From positions 72,865 to 136,864 of the forward strand of contig JBIOHC010000003.1 in the NCBI GenBank assembly GCA_044448685.1: DNA of 64,000 nt, given 5' to 3'. The notes beneath the pieces were generated by a model, which was not told where the DNA came from, searched no databases, and worked only from the letters and a program-made list of their open reading frames with translations. Shown here piece after piece: positions 16,647 to 26,636 of the stretch. The translations under genes and the position numbers were made by a program. Each line of letters opens with the position of its first letter. Positions within the stretch are counted from its first letter, which is position 1. Origin of the DNA: Bacteroidia bacterium (GTDB taxonomy: Bacteria > Bacteroidota > Bacteroidia > Palsa-965).

Positions 16647-18995
16647 ATGTCAAGAAAATTTAAAAAAACAAAACCGAATAAATCCTCCAAGTATCTTTTT
16701 GAAGATGTCGTAAAGGCCCTCAACAATAATCCTTCCCGGTCTTATAATTATAAACAGATTGCTTCCCTGCTGAATATTGAAGAGCATGCTCAAAAAATGC
16801 TCATTCAGGCTGTGTTGGTAAAACTGGCTGAACAGGGACTGGTAAAAGAAGTGGAACGGGGTAAGTTTCAGGCTTCCAAGACAGGAGCCACCATTACCGG
16901 TGTGGTTGATATGACTCAAAGCGGTTCCGCTTTTATCATTTCTCCCGAGTCGGAAAAAGACATCTTCGTCTCCAACCGCAAAACCCTCAATGCCTATCAG
17001 GGCGATACGGTGAAGGTGCTTGTGTATCCCAACAGCGGAACAAGGAGACCAGAGGGAGAGATCACCGAAATCATCAAGCGGGTTAAGGATCAGTTTGTAG
17101 GTACCTTACAGGTATCCGCCAATTTCGCATTCCTGGTACCCGATAATGCAAAGACAGGAACGGATATTTATATCCCTCTGGATAAAATAGGAACAGCTAA
17201 AAACGGACAAAAAGTAATAGCCCGTGTTACAGACTGGGCTACACGCGGTCATAACCCTATCGGTGAAGTGACGAAGGTGCTGGGCAATGCCGGTGAACAT
17301 GAAACAGAAATCCATGCCATACTCGCAGAGTTCGGCCTGCCTTACGATTTCCCAAAAGATGTGGAACGCTTTGCCGATTTACTTCCTGTTGAAATAACGG
17401 CAGCAGAGATTGCCAAACGCCGTGACTTCCGCGATATCACCACCTTTACTATTGACCCTCACGATGCAAAGGATTTTGATGATGCCTTGTCATTACGCAA
17501 ACTCAAAAACGGGAACTGGGAAATAGGTGTACACATTGCCGATGTATCCCATTATATAAAACCCGGGAATATCCTCGATACCGAAGCGCTTGCAAGAGCA
17601 ACCTCGGTGTATCTGGTCGACCGGGTTGTGCCTATGCTTCCAGAAATCCTTTCCAACAATATCTGTTCACTACGGCCAAAGGAAGACAAACTTTGTTTCT
17701 CTGCCGTATTCGAAATGGATGATCAGGCCCGTGTGCTGGAACAATGGTTCGGACGCACCGTTATACATTCCAACCACCGATTTTCCTATGAAGAGGTACA
17801 GACAATTATTGAAGCAGGTAAGGGCGAATATGTCAGTGAGATCTTAACCCTGGATCGTCTTGCAAAAATATTGCGTGCCGAACGTTTTAAACGCGGCTCC
17901 ATAGCCTTTGATAAGCTGGAAGTTAAATTCCACCTCGATGAAAATGCAAATCCTACCGGGGTTTATTTCAAGGAGATGAAAGATTCCAACCGCCTCATTG
18001 AAGACTTTATGCTGCTTGCCAACCGTAAAGTTGCCGAGTATGTAGGAAAGCCCAGAGAAGGACAGGACAAGAAAAAACCAAAAGAGGGGAAAGTCCCCAA
18101 CCGCTTTTTTGTGTACCGTGTGCATGACACCCCTAATGAAGACAAGCTTGAAAACCTCAGCCAGTTTGTAGCCCGTTTCGGTTATAAGATCAAGACCAAT
18201 ACAGAAAAAGCCATTGCCGAAACCATGAATACCATGCTTAAAGAGGTACATGGAAAGCCTGAGGCAGGAATGATTGAAACCCTGGCAGTACGTTGTATGT
18301 CAAAAGCAGTCTATACAACGAATAATATCGGTCACTATGGTTTAGGATTCGATCATTACACCCATTTCACATCTCCCATACGCCGTTACCCCGATGTACT
18401 CGTACACCGCCTCCTCCAGCATTATCTGGATGTGGATCAGGGCCGCCCTTCCAAACTCTATCTGGATGAAAGCGAACTCGAGGAAGAGTGTAAACATTCT
18501 TCCGAACGGGAAAAGCTGGCAGCTGATGCCGAACGTGCTTCCATCAAATTCAAACAGGTACAATACCTGCAGGATAAGATTGGAGAAGAGTTCGACGGTA
18601 TTGTTTCAGGTGTTACCGAATGGGGACTCTTCGTGGAGATCACAGAAAATCATTGTGAAGGTCTTGTACGTATACGGGAGATGAAGGATGACTCTTATTT
18701 CTTTGATGAAGAAAATTATTGCCTCCGCGGACGAAAACCAGGCAATATATTCACTCTTGGTGATGCAGTCCGTATCAAAGTCAAAAATGCAGACCTTGTT
18801 AAAAAGCAGCTTGACTTCGAACTGGTAAAACGAGCCGAAGCAAAGAAACCGGAAAGCCCTGCTCCTGAAAAAGGAAAAAAGAATACTCCTGCCAAACAGG
18901 AACAGAACAAGCCGGAACAGAAAACTGTTCCGGCCAAAGAAAACAAAAAAGGATCCGAAACTTCATTCAGTGATGAGTGGGGGTTTGAGGTGTGA
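16647..18995 (+). CDS. rnr: Ribonuclease R.
   Basis: 782 aa. Cold-shock/OB N-terminal region, RNB catalytic domain (HIADVSHYI ... LVDRVVPMLP), S1 domain, and a Lys/Glu-rich basic C-terminal tail. Confidence 0.9.
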   Translation: MSRKFKKTKPNKSSKYLFEDVVKALNNNPSRSYNYKQIASLLNIEEHAQKMLIQAVLVKLAEQGLVKEVERGKFQASKTGATITGVVDMTQSGSAFIISPESEKDIFVSNRKTLNAYQGDTVKVLVYPNSGTRRPEGEITEIIKRVKDQFVGTLQVSANFAFLVPDNAKTGTDIYIPLDKIGTAKNGQKVIARVTDWATRGHNPIGEVTKVLGNAGEHETEIHAILAEFGLPYDFPKDVERFADLLPVEITAAEIAKRRDFRDITTFTIDPHDAKDFDDALSLRKLKNGNWEIGVHIADVSHYIKPGNILDTEALARATSVYLVDRVVPMLPEILSNNICSLRPKEDKLCFSAVFEMDDQARVLEQWFGRTVIHSNHRFSYEEVQTIIEAGKGEYVSEILTLDRLAKILRAERFKRGSIAFDKLEVKFHLDENANPTGVYFKEMKDSNRLIEDFMLLANRKVAEYVGKPREGQDKKKPKEGKVPNRFFVYRVHDTPNEDKLENLSQFVARFGYKIKTNTEKAIAETMNTMLKEVHGKPEAGMIETLAVRCMSKAVYTTNNIGHYGLGFDHYTHFTSPIRRYPDVLVHRLLQHYLDVDQGRPSKLYLDESELEEECKHSSEREKLAADAERASIKFKQVQYLQDKIGEEFDGIVSGVTEWGLFVEITENHCEGLVRIREMKDDSYFFDEENYCLRGRKPGNIFTLGDAVRIKVKNADLVKKQLDFELVKRAEAKKPESPAPEKGKKNTPAKQEQNKPEQKTVPAKENKKGSETSFSDEWGFEV

Positions 18996-19014
18996 GTCCA
19001 AAGCCTCTTTTATT

Positions 19015-21132
19015 ATGACTTTTTTCTCCCTGCCTTCTCTTAAATACAGGATTCTGTTCCTGATATTGCCTGTCTCCTATTTACTGTTTGCTTTCCAGCT
19101 CCTTCATGCCGGAAGCGGTTTTTATATGAGCGGGCATGATCCTGTTTACCCCTACCTGATGAATGCCCTTAACCTGGCATCAGGACATATGGAAGTAGGT
19201 ATTTTCGAACATCCCGGTACTCCGCTTGAAATTTTTGGCGCTGTTATTATCCGTATCCGCCATCTGTTCTGTTCAGACGGCCTTTCCATTACGGAAGATG
19301 TAATCAGGCATTCGGAAGCTTATCTCTATACCCTGGCTTATTCACTGATTACGCTCCTGGCACTTGTTTGCTTCCTGACCGGTAATTTTGTTTACCGTAA
19401 AACCGGTAAACTGATTCCCGCTATATTGCTCCAGCTTGTTCCGGCTGTATCTCCCGACATGATAGAGCATGCCCTGCTCCTGAAACCGGAAGCCTTTATC
19501 ATCCTTATCAATATTTTTCTGGCTGCCTTTCTGTATGTGAAAGCTTTTGAAAGTAAGGAAGAGAATCCCTGGGGAACAAAAACCATCCTCCTTACCGGTA
19601 TGCTGATGGGTGTTCTCATCGCCTCTAAAATTATCTGTGCCCCCTTTGTCATGATTGTACTGCTCTTGCTGAAAGATGTACGCAAAATGATCCTGTTCTC
19701 CTCTTCTGCTGCTATTTCCTTTTTTCTCTGCATTATTCCTATCCTGTCGAAATACCAACTGGTTATCCATTGGATTAAGGATTTATGGAAACATGACGGG
19801 CATTACGGGCAGGGGCAAGACAGGGTCCTGGATCCCCACCTGTTCTTCTACAATTTAAAAGTAATGGCTTTGTCCAACCCTCCTTTTACGATTGCCTGTT
19901 TAGTACTTACTGCTGCGGTGGTCAGTATCCTTTTCCGGAAAGTGTACCGCAAGGAACCTTTCGGTTCCGGAGCACGTTTCCTTGTCGGCGCATGGATTTC
20001 CTTCTCTGTCCTGATCTTTTTTGTGGCCAAGCATTTTTCCTATCACTACCTTATCTGCGCACAGACTTTTATTCCGGCAGTTCTCCTGGGAAGCGTAAGT
20101 TTGCTCTCTCCCTTCATTCAGGTTGGTTTTATTAAACGCTATTCCAAAGCCCTTGGGTTGATGCTGGCTTTTTCATTCCTGGTCTTCACCTGTGGACGGC
20201 AGTGGTATGGACTGCGTTTTTACAAACAGGTTCAAACGGCTATGCAGGGAACAGAGAAATTTATTGCCACTCAGGAACACATTCCTTTTATCACAATCAG
20301 TGAGGATCATTCCTGCTTTGTGGAGCCTTCGGTATGGTTCGGGATTATGTATACAGGAGCACTAAGAGATTCCTATTTTACATTGGCCAGGGCCGCTTAC
20401 CCCTTGTGGAATTATTACCTCCCTGCCTCCAAAAACCTGTTCCATTGGGATGAAGAAGTGTTTGCAGCAGACCTGTTCCGCAAATATCCCCGGGTGATGG
20501 TTTATTTTATTGACCGATATCCGGAAGAAGAAAAAAAGGTGATGGATGAGCTCTGCACTTCACCCGATGGAGTGATGATGGGTGCTTACCACAAAGTCTG
20601 GTCTGAAACATTTATGACGGAAGATGTTTTTATCATTGATGTGGCAGCTGACAAGGTACCGAAAGAACAAGCTCCCCGCCTTCTGATTACAAGTGACCTG
20701 GAAATCCTGAGTGCCGGGGGAAAAGAATTCTCTTCTTCTGACGGCTTATTTCATTTTCAGAAAGGGGAACTGGTGAATCATCAGGAATTTCATTCGGGCC
20801 ACAATTCCGTTCGCCTGGATGCACAGCATCAGTTTGGCCTGGATCTGAATTTTGAAGTCAGGCCGGGCGATTATGTGGAGACGAGTGTATGGAGGAAGTC
20901 CGGAGATGAAAACGGGGCCATGGTTCTAACAGCTAAAGACGCCAGCCGATTTTACGGAGCCTGTTCCTCGGTAACGAAAACGGAAGCGAATGGATGGTCT
21001 CTTATCAAATGCAGGGTGCGTATTCCGGATGATTATCCTGAAAAACTGATTTATTTCTATCTCTACTATACAGGGAAAAAAGAGGTTTACTTTGATGATA
21101 TTCAGATCAAAGTCATTCCTTCCAATTCCTGA
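19015..21132 (+). CDS. Polytopic membrane protein (GT-C/ArnT-like fold suspected) with a roughly 300-aa C-terminal soluble beta-rich domain. Hypothetical.
   Basis: About 10 predicted transmembrane segments in the first 400 aa. The C-terminal domain ends in a CBM-like beta-sandwich region (DYVETSVWRKSGDENGAMVLTAKD ... YFDDIQIKVIP). The start is ambiguous between 18970 and 19015. Confidence 0.4.
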   Translation: MTFFSLPSLKYRILFLILPVSYLLFAFQLLHAGSGFYMSGHDPVYPYLMNALNLASGHMEVGIFEHPGTPLEIFGAVIIRIRHLFCSDGLSITEDVIRHSEAYLYTLAYSLITLLALVCFLTGNFVYRKTGKLIPAILLQLVPAVSPDMIEHALLLKPEAFIILINIFLAAFLYVKAFESKEENPWGTKTILLTGMLMGVLIASKIICAPFVMIVLLLLKDVRKMILFSSSAAISFFLCIIPILSKYQLVIHWIKDLWKHDGHYGQGQDRVLDPHLFFYNLKVMALSNPPFTIACLVLTAAVVSILFRKVYRKEPFGSGARFLVGAWISFSVLIFFVAKHFSYHYLICAQTFIPAVLLGSVSLLSPFIQVGFIKRYSKALGLMLAFSFLVFTCGRQWYGLRFYKQVQTAMQGTEKFIATQEHIPFITISEDHSCFVEPSVWFGIMYTGALRDSYFTLARAAYPLWNYYLPASKNLFHWDEEVFAADLFRKYPRVMVYFIDRYPEEEKKVMDELCTSPDGVMMGAYHKVWSETFMTEDVFIIDVAADKVPKEQAPRLLITSDLEILSAGGKEFSSSDGLFHFQKGELVNHQEFHSGHNSVRLDAQHQFGLDLNFEVRPGDYVETSVWRKSGDENGAMVLTAKDASRFYGACSSVTKTEANGWSLIKCRVRIPDDYPEKLIYFYLYYTGKKEVYFDDIQIKVIPSNS

Positions 21133-21136
21133 CTCT

Positions 21137-21835
21137 TCATTTCAGATAGGGTTGTAAAAGGTTTTTCCATATCAGATACCCTTCGTCAACCAGGTGTATT
21201 CCATCCCAGGTCAGACGGGGATTGATGGCTCCGTCACTTACAAAATTATCATGCAGATCTACATAGGTAATAGACTCTTCGGAGGCCAGTGTTTTCAATG
21301 CCTCATTCTCCTCTAATACGACCTCATTCACATCGGCTGTGGAAGTGAGCCAGCTATCCTTCATGCGCACTGGTAAAATACTCTGTATATAAATAAGGGT
21401 GGAAGGACTCTGCTGCTTCACCTGTTCAATAATGGCTTTGTATTTTCTCCTGACCTCTTTCACAGGTACGTGTTCAACAAGGTCATTTATTCCTACTTCA
21501 ATAAATAATCGGGAAGGGTGCAGGGAAATAACCTCGTCCAGTCTTTTTTGAACTCCCTCCAGGAAATCTCCGGTTATACCTCTGTTGATGATAGTTGAAT
21601 CGCCGAGAATTCCAAGGTCGAATAATTCGGTGAGACTGTTTCCGAGAAAAACAATCCGGCCTGATGTTCTGGGCTGGGCCCTGAACTCAGCCATGCGTTC
21701 ATTCCAGTGCTGCCCGTTCAGGGTTATATCAATGATCTGTCTGATCTTGTGACGGCGGTAAAGGGAAAATGAAAAAAATCCGATCACAACCAACAGAAAT
21801 AATATGGAGCTGATCCTCCTCAGTGTGAATTTCAT
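21137..21835 (-). CDS. SGNH/GDSL-family hydrolase.
   Basis: 232 aa. GNS block I (VFLGNSLTE), a GxxGD block (GITGDF) and a C-terminal DGIHL block. Confidence 0.65.
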   Translation of the reverse strand: MKFTLRRISSILFLLVVIGFFSFSLYRRHKIRQIIDITLNGQHWNERMAEFRAQPRTSGRIVFLGNSLTELFDLGILGDSTIINRGITGDFLEGVQKRLDEVISLHPSRLFIEVGINDLVEHVPVKEVRRKYKAIIEQVKQQSPSTLIYIQSILPVRMKDSWLTSTADVNEVVLEENEALKTLASEESITYVDLHDNFVSDGAINPRLTWDGIHLVDEGYLIWKNLLQPYLK

Positions 21836-21842
21836 AATTTGT

Positions 21843-22547
21843 TCAGTTAGCCAGATAGGGTATTAATGCTTTTTCCCAGATCAGATATCCGTAAGGTGTC
21901 AGGTGAACTCCGTCTACAGTCAGATCCGGATTCATCTCTCCGCTCTTTTCAAACAAGGGATAAAGATCAACAAAAATGACATGGCAGCGTCTGGCCAGGT
22001 TTCTCAACTCTTCGTTCTTCTCCCGTATGATACGGTTGAACAAAGCATTACTCATCAATATACTCGGGTGACAAATCACAGGCAGAATACTTTGAATATA
22101 GATTCTTGTTTGTGGCAGCTGTTCTCTTATCTGTATAATCATTGATTCCATATACCAGGGTATTGCATCATAGAGCTGTGTAGACATGATGTCATTCACT
22201 CCTCCTTCCAGAAAGATCCTTGCCGGTCTCAGGGATAGCACTTCATTCATTCTTAAATGCATATCATGCAGGAAGTCACCCGGAAGCCCTCTGTTTATAT
22301 AGCCTTCATTCCTTAACAGGTGAAAATGAAAAAAGCCAGTCAGACTGGTGCCTACAAATACAGTTCCCCCCGGGATTCGCGCTTGTACAGTTGATTCATT
22401 CCATTTCTGCATGTACCAATCAAGGAAGCACCCGTTCACGTTTGGGTCGTCGTTGCATACTTCTGCAGGCTTAGTGTGCCGGGTACAGCCAGGTGCCAAA
22501 GCCAGAAACAGAATAAGGGCGAGGGGGGAAAAGGATTTCATTTGCAA
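21843..22547 (-). CDS. SGNH/GDSL-family hydrolase, paralog of the adjacent gene.
   Basis: 234 aa. VFVGTSLTGFF, GLPGDFL and DGVHLTPYGYLIW blocks, co-linear with 21137..21835. Confidence 0.65.
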   Translation of the reverse strand: MQMKSFSPLALILFLALAPGCTRHTKPAEVCNDDPNVNGCFLDWYMQKWNESTVQARIPGGTVFVGTSLTGFFHFHLLRNEGYINRGLPGDFLHDMHLRMNEVLSLRPARIFLEGGVNDIMSTQLYDAIPWYMESMIIQIREQLPQTRIYIQSILPVICHPSILMSNALFNRIIREKNEELRNLARRCHVIFVDLYPLFEKSGEMNPDLTVDGVHLTPYGYLIWEKALIPYLAN

Positions 22548-22585
22548 ACATGAATTCGTGTTCCGGTATTAATAAGGTTTCCGGC

Positions 22586-23581
22586 TCAGGCCAGGTTATC
22601 GGTCAGTTTTTGCATTTCCAGAGCAGGTGACTTGCGTTCATACAGTACCCGGTAAACCGCTTCGCTGACAGGCATTTTAACCTTGTATTTCTTATTGATT
22701 TCATGAATGCATTTTACACCGTAATACCCTTCGGCAATCATACTCATTTCGAGCTGGGCGTTTTTAACCGAATAGCCTTTACCTACCATTGCACCGAATG
22801 TACGGTTACGGCTGAACTGGGAATAGGCTGTAACAAGCAGATCACCCAGATAGGCCGAATCCATGATGTCGCGGTTAATGGGGTGAACCTTGTCAACAAA
22901 ACGTTTTATTTCCTGTATGGCATTCGAAATCAGGACGGCCTGAAAATTATCTCCATAACCCAGCCCATGATATATTCCACTTGCTATGGCATACACATTT
23001 TTTAGCACAGCTGAATACTCTGTGCCGTAAATATCATCCGAAACGGTTGTTTTGATATAGCGACATTCCAGGCAGGATGCTATATAGGCCGCTGTTTGTT
23101 TATGCTGTGATGCAATAGTCAGGTAGGACAATTTTTCCAAAGCAACCTCCTCTGCATGACAAGGGCCGGTAATTACTCCGATACGGTTGAAAGGAATACC
23201 AAAGATCTTATTAACATATTCCCCTACAATCAGGTTATGCTCGGGAACGATTCCCTTCACAGCTGAGAAAACTGTTTTCCCTTTGAAGAGGTCTTTGCCC
23301 AATCCTTTCAGTAAAGAGTTCAGAAATGCAGAAGGTACTGCCAGGATCAGAATATCCGCATGGTGTATTGCTTTCCGGATATCAGAAAATAAATGGAGCT
23401 TGTCGGTATCGAACTGTACCGAGCTGATATAATTCGGATTGTGTCCGTACTTTTTTATAAACGAAATGGTCTCTTCCTTCCTGACCCACCAGGAAACCGA
23501 CTTCATATTGTTGCACAGCATCTTAACCAATGCAGTAGCCCAGCTTCCACCTCCTATAACTGCTATTCTGGGCTCCTTCAT
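22586..23581 (-). CDS. gpsA: NAD(P)H-dependent glycerol-3-phosphate dehydrogenase.
   Basis: IAVIGGGSWATALVKML Rossmann motif and 331-aa GpsA architecture. Confidence 0.9.
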   Translation of the reverse strand: MKEPRIAVIGGGSWATALVKMLCNNMKSVSWWVRKEETISFIKKYGHNPNYISSVQFDTDKLHLFSDIRKAIHHADILILAVPSAFLNSLLKGLGKDLFKGKTVFSAVKGIVPEHNLIVGEYVNKIFGIPFNRIGVITGPCHAEEVALEKLSYLTIASQHKQTAAYIASCLECRYIKTTVSDDIYGTEYSAVLKNVYAIASGIYHGLGYGDNFQAVLISNAIQEIKRFVDKVHPINRDIMDSAYLGDLLVTAYSQFSRNRTFGAMVGKGYSVKNAQLEMSMIAEGYYGVKCIHEINKKYKVKMPVSEAVYRVLYERKSPALEMQKLTDNLA

Positions 23582-23584
23582 GAC

Positions 23585-25114
23585 CTATGCTTCAGGTCGC
23601 ATTTGTGGGAAAAACAATACATCCTGTATACTGGGCACATTGGTCATAATCATGGCCAGGCGGTCAATACCCATACCCATTCCTGAAGTAGGGGGCATTC
23701 CGTATTCCAGGGCTCTCAAAAAATCGTGATCAATATACATGGCTTCTTTATCGCCCCGTTCCATCAGTTTTACCTGGTCCTCAAAACGGTTACGCTGATC
23801 AACCGGGTCGTTCAGCTCCGAATAGGCATTGCACAATTCCTTGCCATTCACCATCAGTTCAAAACGCTCCACCAGTCCTTCCTTACTGCGGTGCTTTTTA
23901 CAAAGGGGTGACATTTCAAGCGGGTAGTCGGTGATGAATGTAGGCTGTATATAATTGCCTTCGCATTTGGCTCCGAAAATTTCATCAATCAGTTTTCCCT
24001 TGCCCATAGCTTTATCGGCATGTATACCCAGCTTCTGGCAGGTATCACGAAGCTGGTTTTCATCCATAGCCGAAATGTCTATTCCAGTATGCTCCTGAAT
24101 AGCCTCGTACATGGTAATACGTTTGAAGGGGCGCTGAAAGTCTATGACCTTATCACCTACCTGTACCTTGGTATCCCCGTGCAGATCCATAGCCACTTTT
24201 TCAAGCATCTCTTCGGTAAAATCCATCATCCAGTTATAATCCTTGTAGGCCACATAAATCTCCATCACGGTAAATTCAGGATTGTGGGTGCGGTCCATAC
24301 CTTCGTTACGGAAGTCTTTGGCGAATTCATAGACTCCGTCATAGCCACCGACAATAAGTCTTTTCAGATACAGTTCATTGGCAATACGAAGGTACAGTGG
24401 AATATCGAGTGCGTTGTGATGCGTTGTAAAAGGCCGTGCTGCAGCACCTCCGGGAATAGGCTGCAGAATGGGGGTTTCCACTTCAAGATAGCCTTTGCTG
24501 TTAAATGTTTCACGCAAAGACTGTACAAGTTGTGTACGCTTACGGAAGCGTTCTCTTACTTCAGGATCGATGATCATGTTCACATAACGCTGGCGATAGA
24601 TGAATTCGGGATCGGTAACATCATTATGCGATACCCCTTCCGCGTCCGTAGTAACAACAGGCAATGGACGGAGGGCTTTGCTGAGTATGGAGTAGTGTGT
24701 GACATGTATGGAAATTTCACCGGTCTTGGTGGTAAATACATATCCTTTGATTCCTACAATATCTCCCAGATCGCTCAGCTTTTTAAAAACTGCATCATAC
24801 ATTGTCTTGTCTTCACCGGGACAGATATCATCGCGGCGAATATAAAGCTGTATACGACCTGTGCTATCCTGTATGACTGCGAAACAGGCTTTGCCCATAT
24901 CGCGTATGCTCATGATACGACCTGCAATACTGATGTTTTTATAGCTTGTCTTATCTCGTTCGTAATTCTCCTTGATATCGCGGGCGAATACATTTATTTC
25001 AAACAGGTTGGCCGGATAGGGATCTATACCCAGGTTTCGCAGTTCTTCACATTTCTGGCGACGGATAATTTCCTGTTCGGATAAGTCTTGGGACATTGGA
25101 ATGAGTTTGTGCAA
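23585..25114 (-). CDS. lysS: Lysine--tRNA ligase (class II).
   Basis: 509 aa. N-terminal OB anticodon-binding domain and class II motifs (FRNEGMDRTHNPEFT ... GMGIDRL). An alternative start lies at 25096. Confidence 0.9.
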   Translation of the reverse strand: MHKLIPMSQDLSEQEIIRRQKCEELRNLGIDPYPANLFEINVFARDIKENYERDKTSYKNISIAGRIMSIRDMGKACFAVIQDSTGRIQLYIRRDDICPGEDKTMYDAVFKKLSDLGDIVGIKGYVFTTKTGEISIHVTHYSILSKALRPLPVVTTDAEGVSHNDVTDPEFIYRQRYVNMIIDPEVRERFRKRTQLVQSLRETFNSKGYLEVETPILQPIPGGAAARPFTTHHNALDIPLYLRIANELYLKRLIVGGYDGVYEFAKDFRNEGMDRTHNPEFTVMEIYVAYKDYNWMMDFTEEMLEKVAMDLHGDTKVQVGDKVIDFQRPFKRITMYEAIQEHTGIDISAMDENQLRDTCQKLGIHADKAMGKGKLIDEIFGAKCEGNYIQPTFITDYPLEMSPLCKKHRSKEGLVERFELMVNGKELCNAYSELNDPVDQRNRFEDQVKLMERGDKEAMYIDHDFLRALEYGMPPTSGMGMGIDRLAMIMTNVPSIQDVLFFPQMRPEA

Positions 25115-25132
25115 ATATAGAAATTTAGGGCT

Positions 25133-26377
25133 CTATTCAGCGAGGAGCTTTTGGAGAAAACGATCATTTTCCTCTTTAAACCGGTCGAAATACACTCCCG
25201 TTCCGGGGCCGGTGAAACCGGTATAGATTTTCCTGACCCGTCCTTTTTTATCGATATAGATTGTCGTCGGGAAAGCCATCACGGCATTCAGCATAGGAAG
25301 GGCTTCTGAAGCCTCCCGGGTTCCGGATTTTCCTGTTATCAGAAAATCATACCCTGCATGAAAACGGGTTTTGACCTTGTTCAGATTTGCGGCTGCTTTT
25401 ACCGGATCGGTAGTTTTTTCAAATGCCAAAGCCACCACTTCCAGTCCTTTTGCGTTCAGATTAGAATACTCCCCGGCAAGGTAAGCCGTTTCATCCATAC
25501 AGTTCGGACACCAGGAGCCCATGATCTGTATGATCACCACTTTGTTTTTGTAGCGCTCATCTTCCAGACTTACATCTTTCCCTTCTGAATTCTTGTAACG
25601 GAACGCTATTTTATCAAATCCTTTTTTAAGAAAGGTCAGTGAATCCGGATTATGAAGGGAGAATTTATCATTGCGCCGGGCAGTCCATTTCTCAAAACCT
25701 GTAGTTCCCGAATATGCATCACCGGAAAGTGTGGAGTCCGGTTTTATTTTCCATTTGAAATAATAGGCATGACTGCCATCGAAGCAGGACATATAAATCC
25801 AGTCTGTACACGCATACCCGCTCAGATAGCGGTAGTCGCCTGTTTCGGTCAGAAAGGTTCCGTTTACGGAATGTTCACTCTGGCTATAGCGGAAAATTCC
25901 GATTGCTTTATAGCTCGGTTCATCAGCGGGGCTGAAGGTTACTTCCCAGCGGGAAGAGGAAAGGAGATTAAAGACCGGCAATGATTTATCGCAGGTAAAT
26001 TCCCTTCCATAATACGCCCTGAAAGGTGTTTCCTGATGATCCTTGCGGGAATGGTTGATCCAGGTTCCTTCCATCTCCTTTCCCCCCTCTTTCACCTGTA
26101 TGCGGAATTCGGAATCGTACAAAGGCATTTTGAAATTGAAGGAATCAACAACAGCAGTGATTTGATCTATCTCTATTTTCTCTTCTCCATTGCGTATTTC
26201 AAGTGATGTGCCTGTCTTGGTTTTTTTATATTCAAAATAAAAAGGGAGTCGGGTTGTTCCGTTGAGCTGCAGTTCGCCCTGCCAGGTACCGGCTTTGGGG
26301 AGTATGGCTTTCTGTGCGCAAGCCGAAACCGCTGCAAAACTGAGTAAGAGAATGACGTGTAAGGCCCTTATTTTCAT
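25133..26377 (-). CDS. TlpA-like thiol-disulfide oxidoreductase lipoprotein (DUF4369 N-domain plus thioredoxin-fold C-domain).
   Basis: 414 aa. Signal peptide plus cysteine lipobox (SAC), and a WCPNC active-site motif in the C-terminal redoxin domain. Confidence 0.7.
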   Translation of the reverse strand: MKIRALHVILLLSFAAVSACAQKAILPKAGTWQGELQLNGTTRLPFYFEYKKTKTGTSLEIRNGEEKIEIDQITAVVDSFNFKMPLYDSEFRIQVKEGGKEMEGTWINHSRKDHQETPFRAYYGREFTCDKSLPVFNLLSSSRWEVTFSPADEPSYKAIGIFRYSQSEHSVNGTFLTETGDYRYLSGYACTDWIYMSCFDGSHAYYFKWKIKPDSTLSGDAYSGTTGFEKWTARRNDKFSLHNPDSLTFLKKGFDKIAFRYKNSEGKDVSLEDERYKNKVVIIQIMGSWCPNCMDETAYLAGEYSNLNAKGLEVVALAFEKTTDPVKAAANLNKVKTRFHAGYDFLITGKSGTREASEALPMLNAVMAFPTTIYIDKKGRVRKIYTGFTGPGTGVYFDRFKEENDRFLQKLLAE

Positions 26378-26435
26378 GAGCCTAATTTAGGTATTATATC
26401 AGCAGGCTTACCCGACTTTTTCTTAACTTTGAGTC

Positions 26436-26636
26436 ATGCCCAAGCTGATCATTCATAATCCTCCACTTAGCCGGGAAGAAATAGCCGACAGGAGACTCGA
26501 AGAGAACCTGAAAAGGACTCCCCGGGAACGGATCGCTTTGATGTTTGAACTCAACAAGCTATCAGCTAAGCTTAAAAAAGGCCCGTTGAAAGAGCCTCAG
26601 GGACTCGGAGTGGTTGTAAAGCGCAGCCCCCTATGA
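26436..26636 (+). CDS. Small hypothetical protein (66 aa), translationally coupled to the downstream nucleotidyltransferase.
   Basis: Its stop overlaps the next start (ATGA). The protein is basic and Lys-rich. No recognisable domain was seen. Confidence 0.3.
   Translation: MPKLIIHNPPLSREEIADRRLEENLKRTPRERIALMFELNKLSAKLKKGPLKEPQGLGVVVKRSPL

Noticed and set aside
24020-25084. 354-aa plus-strand ORF.
   Set aside because: Antisense to lysS, which has clear class II aaRS motifs. No independent support.
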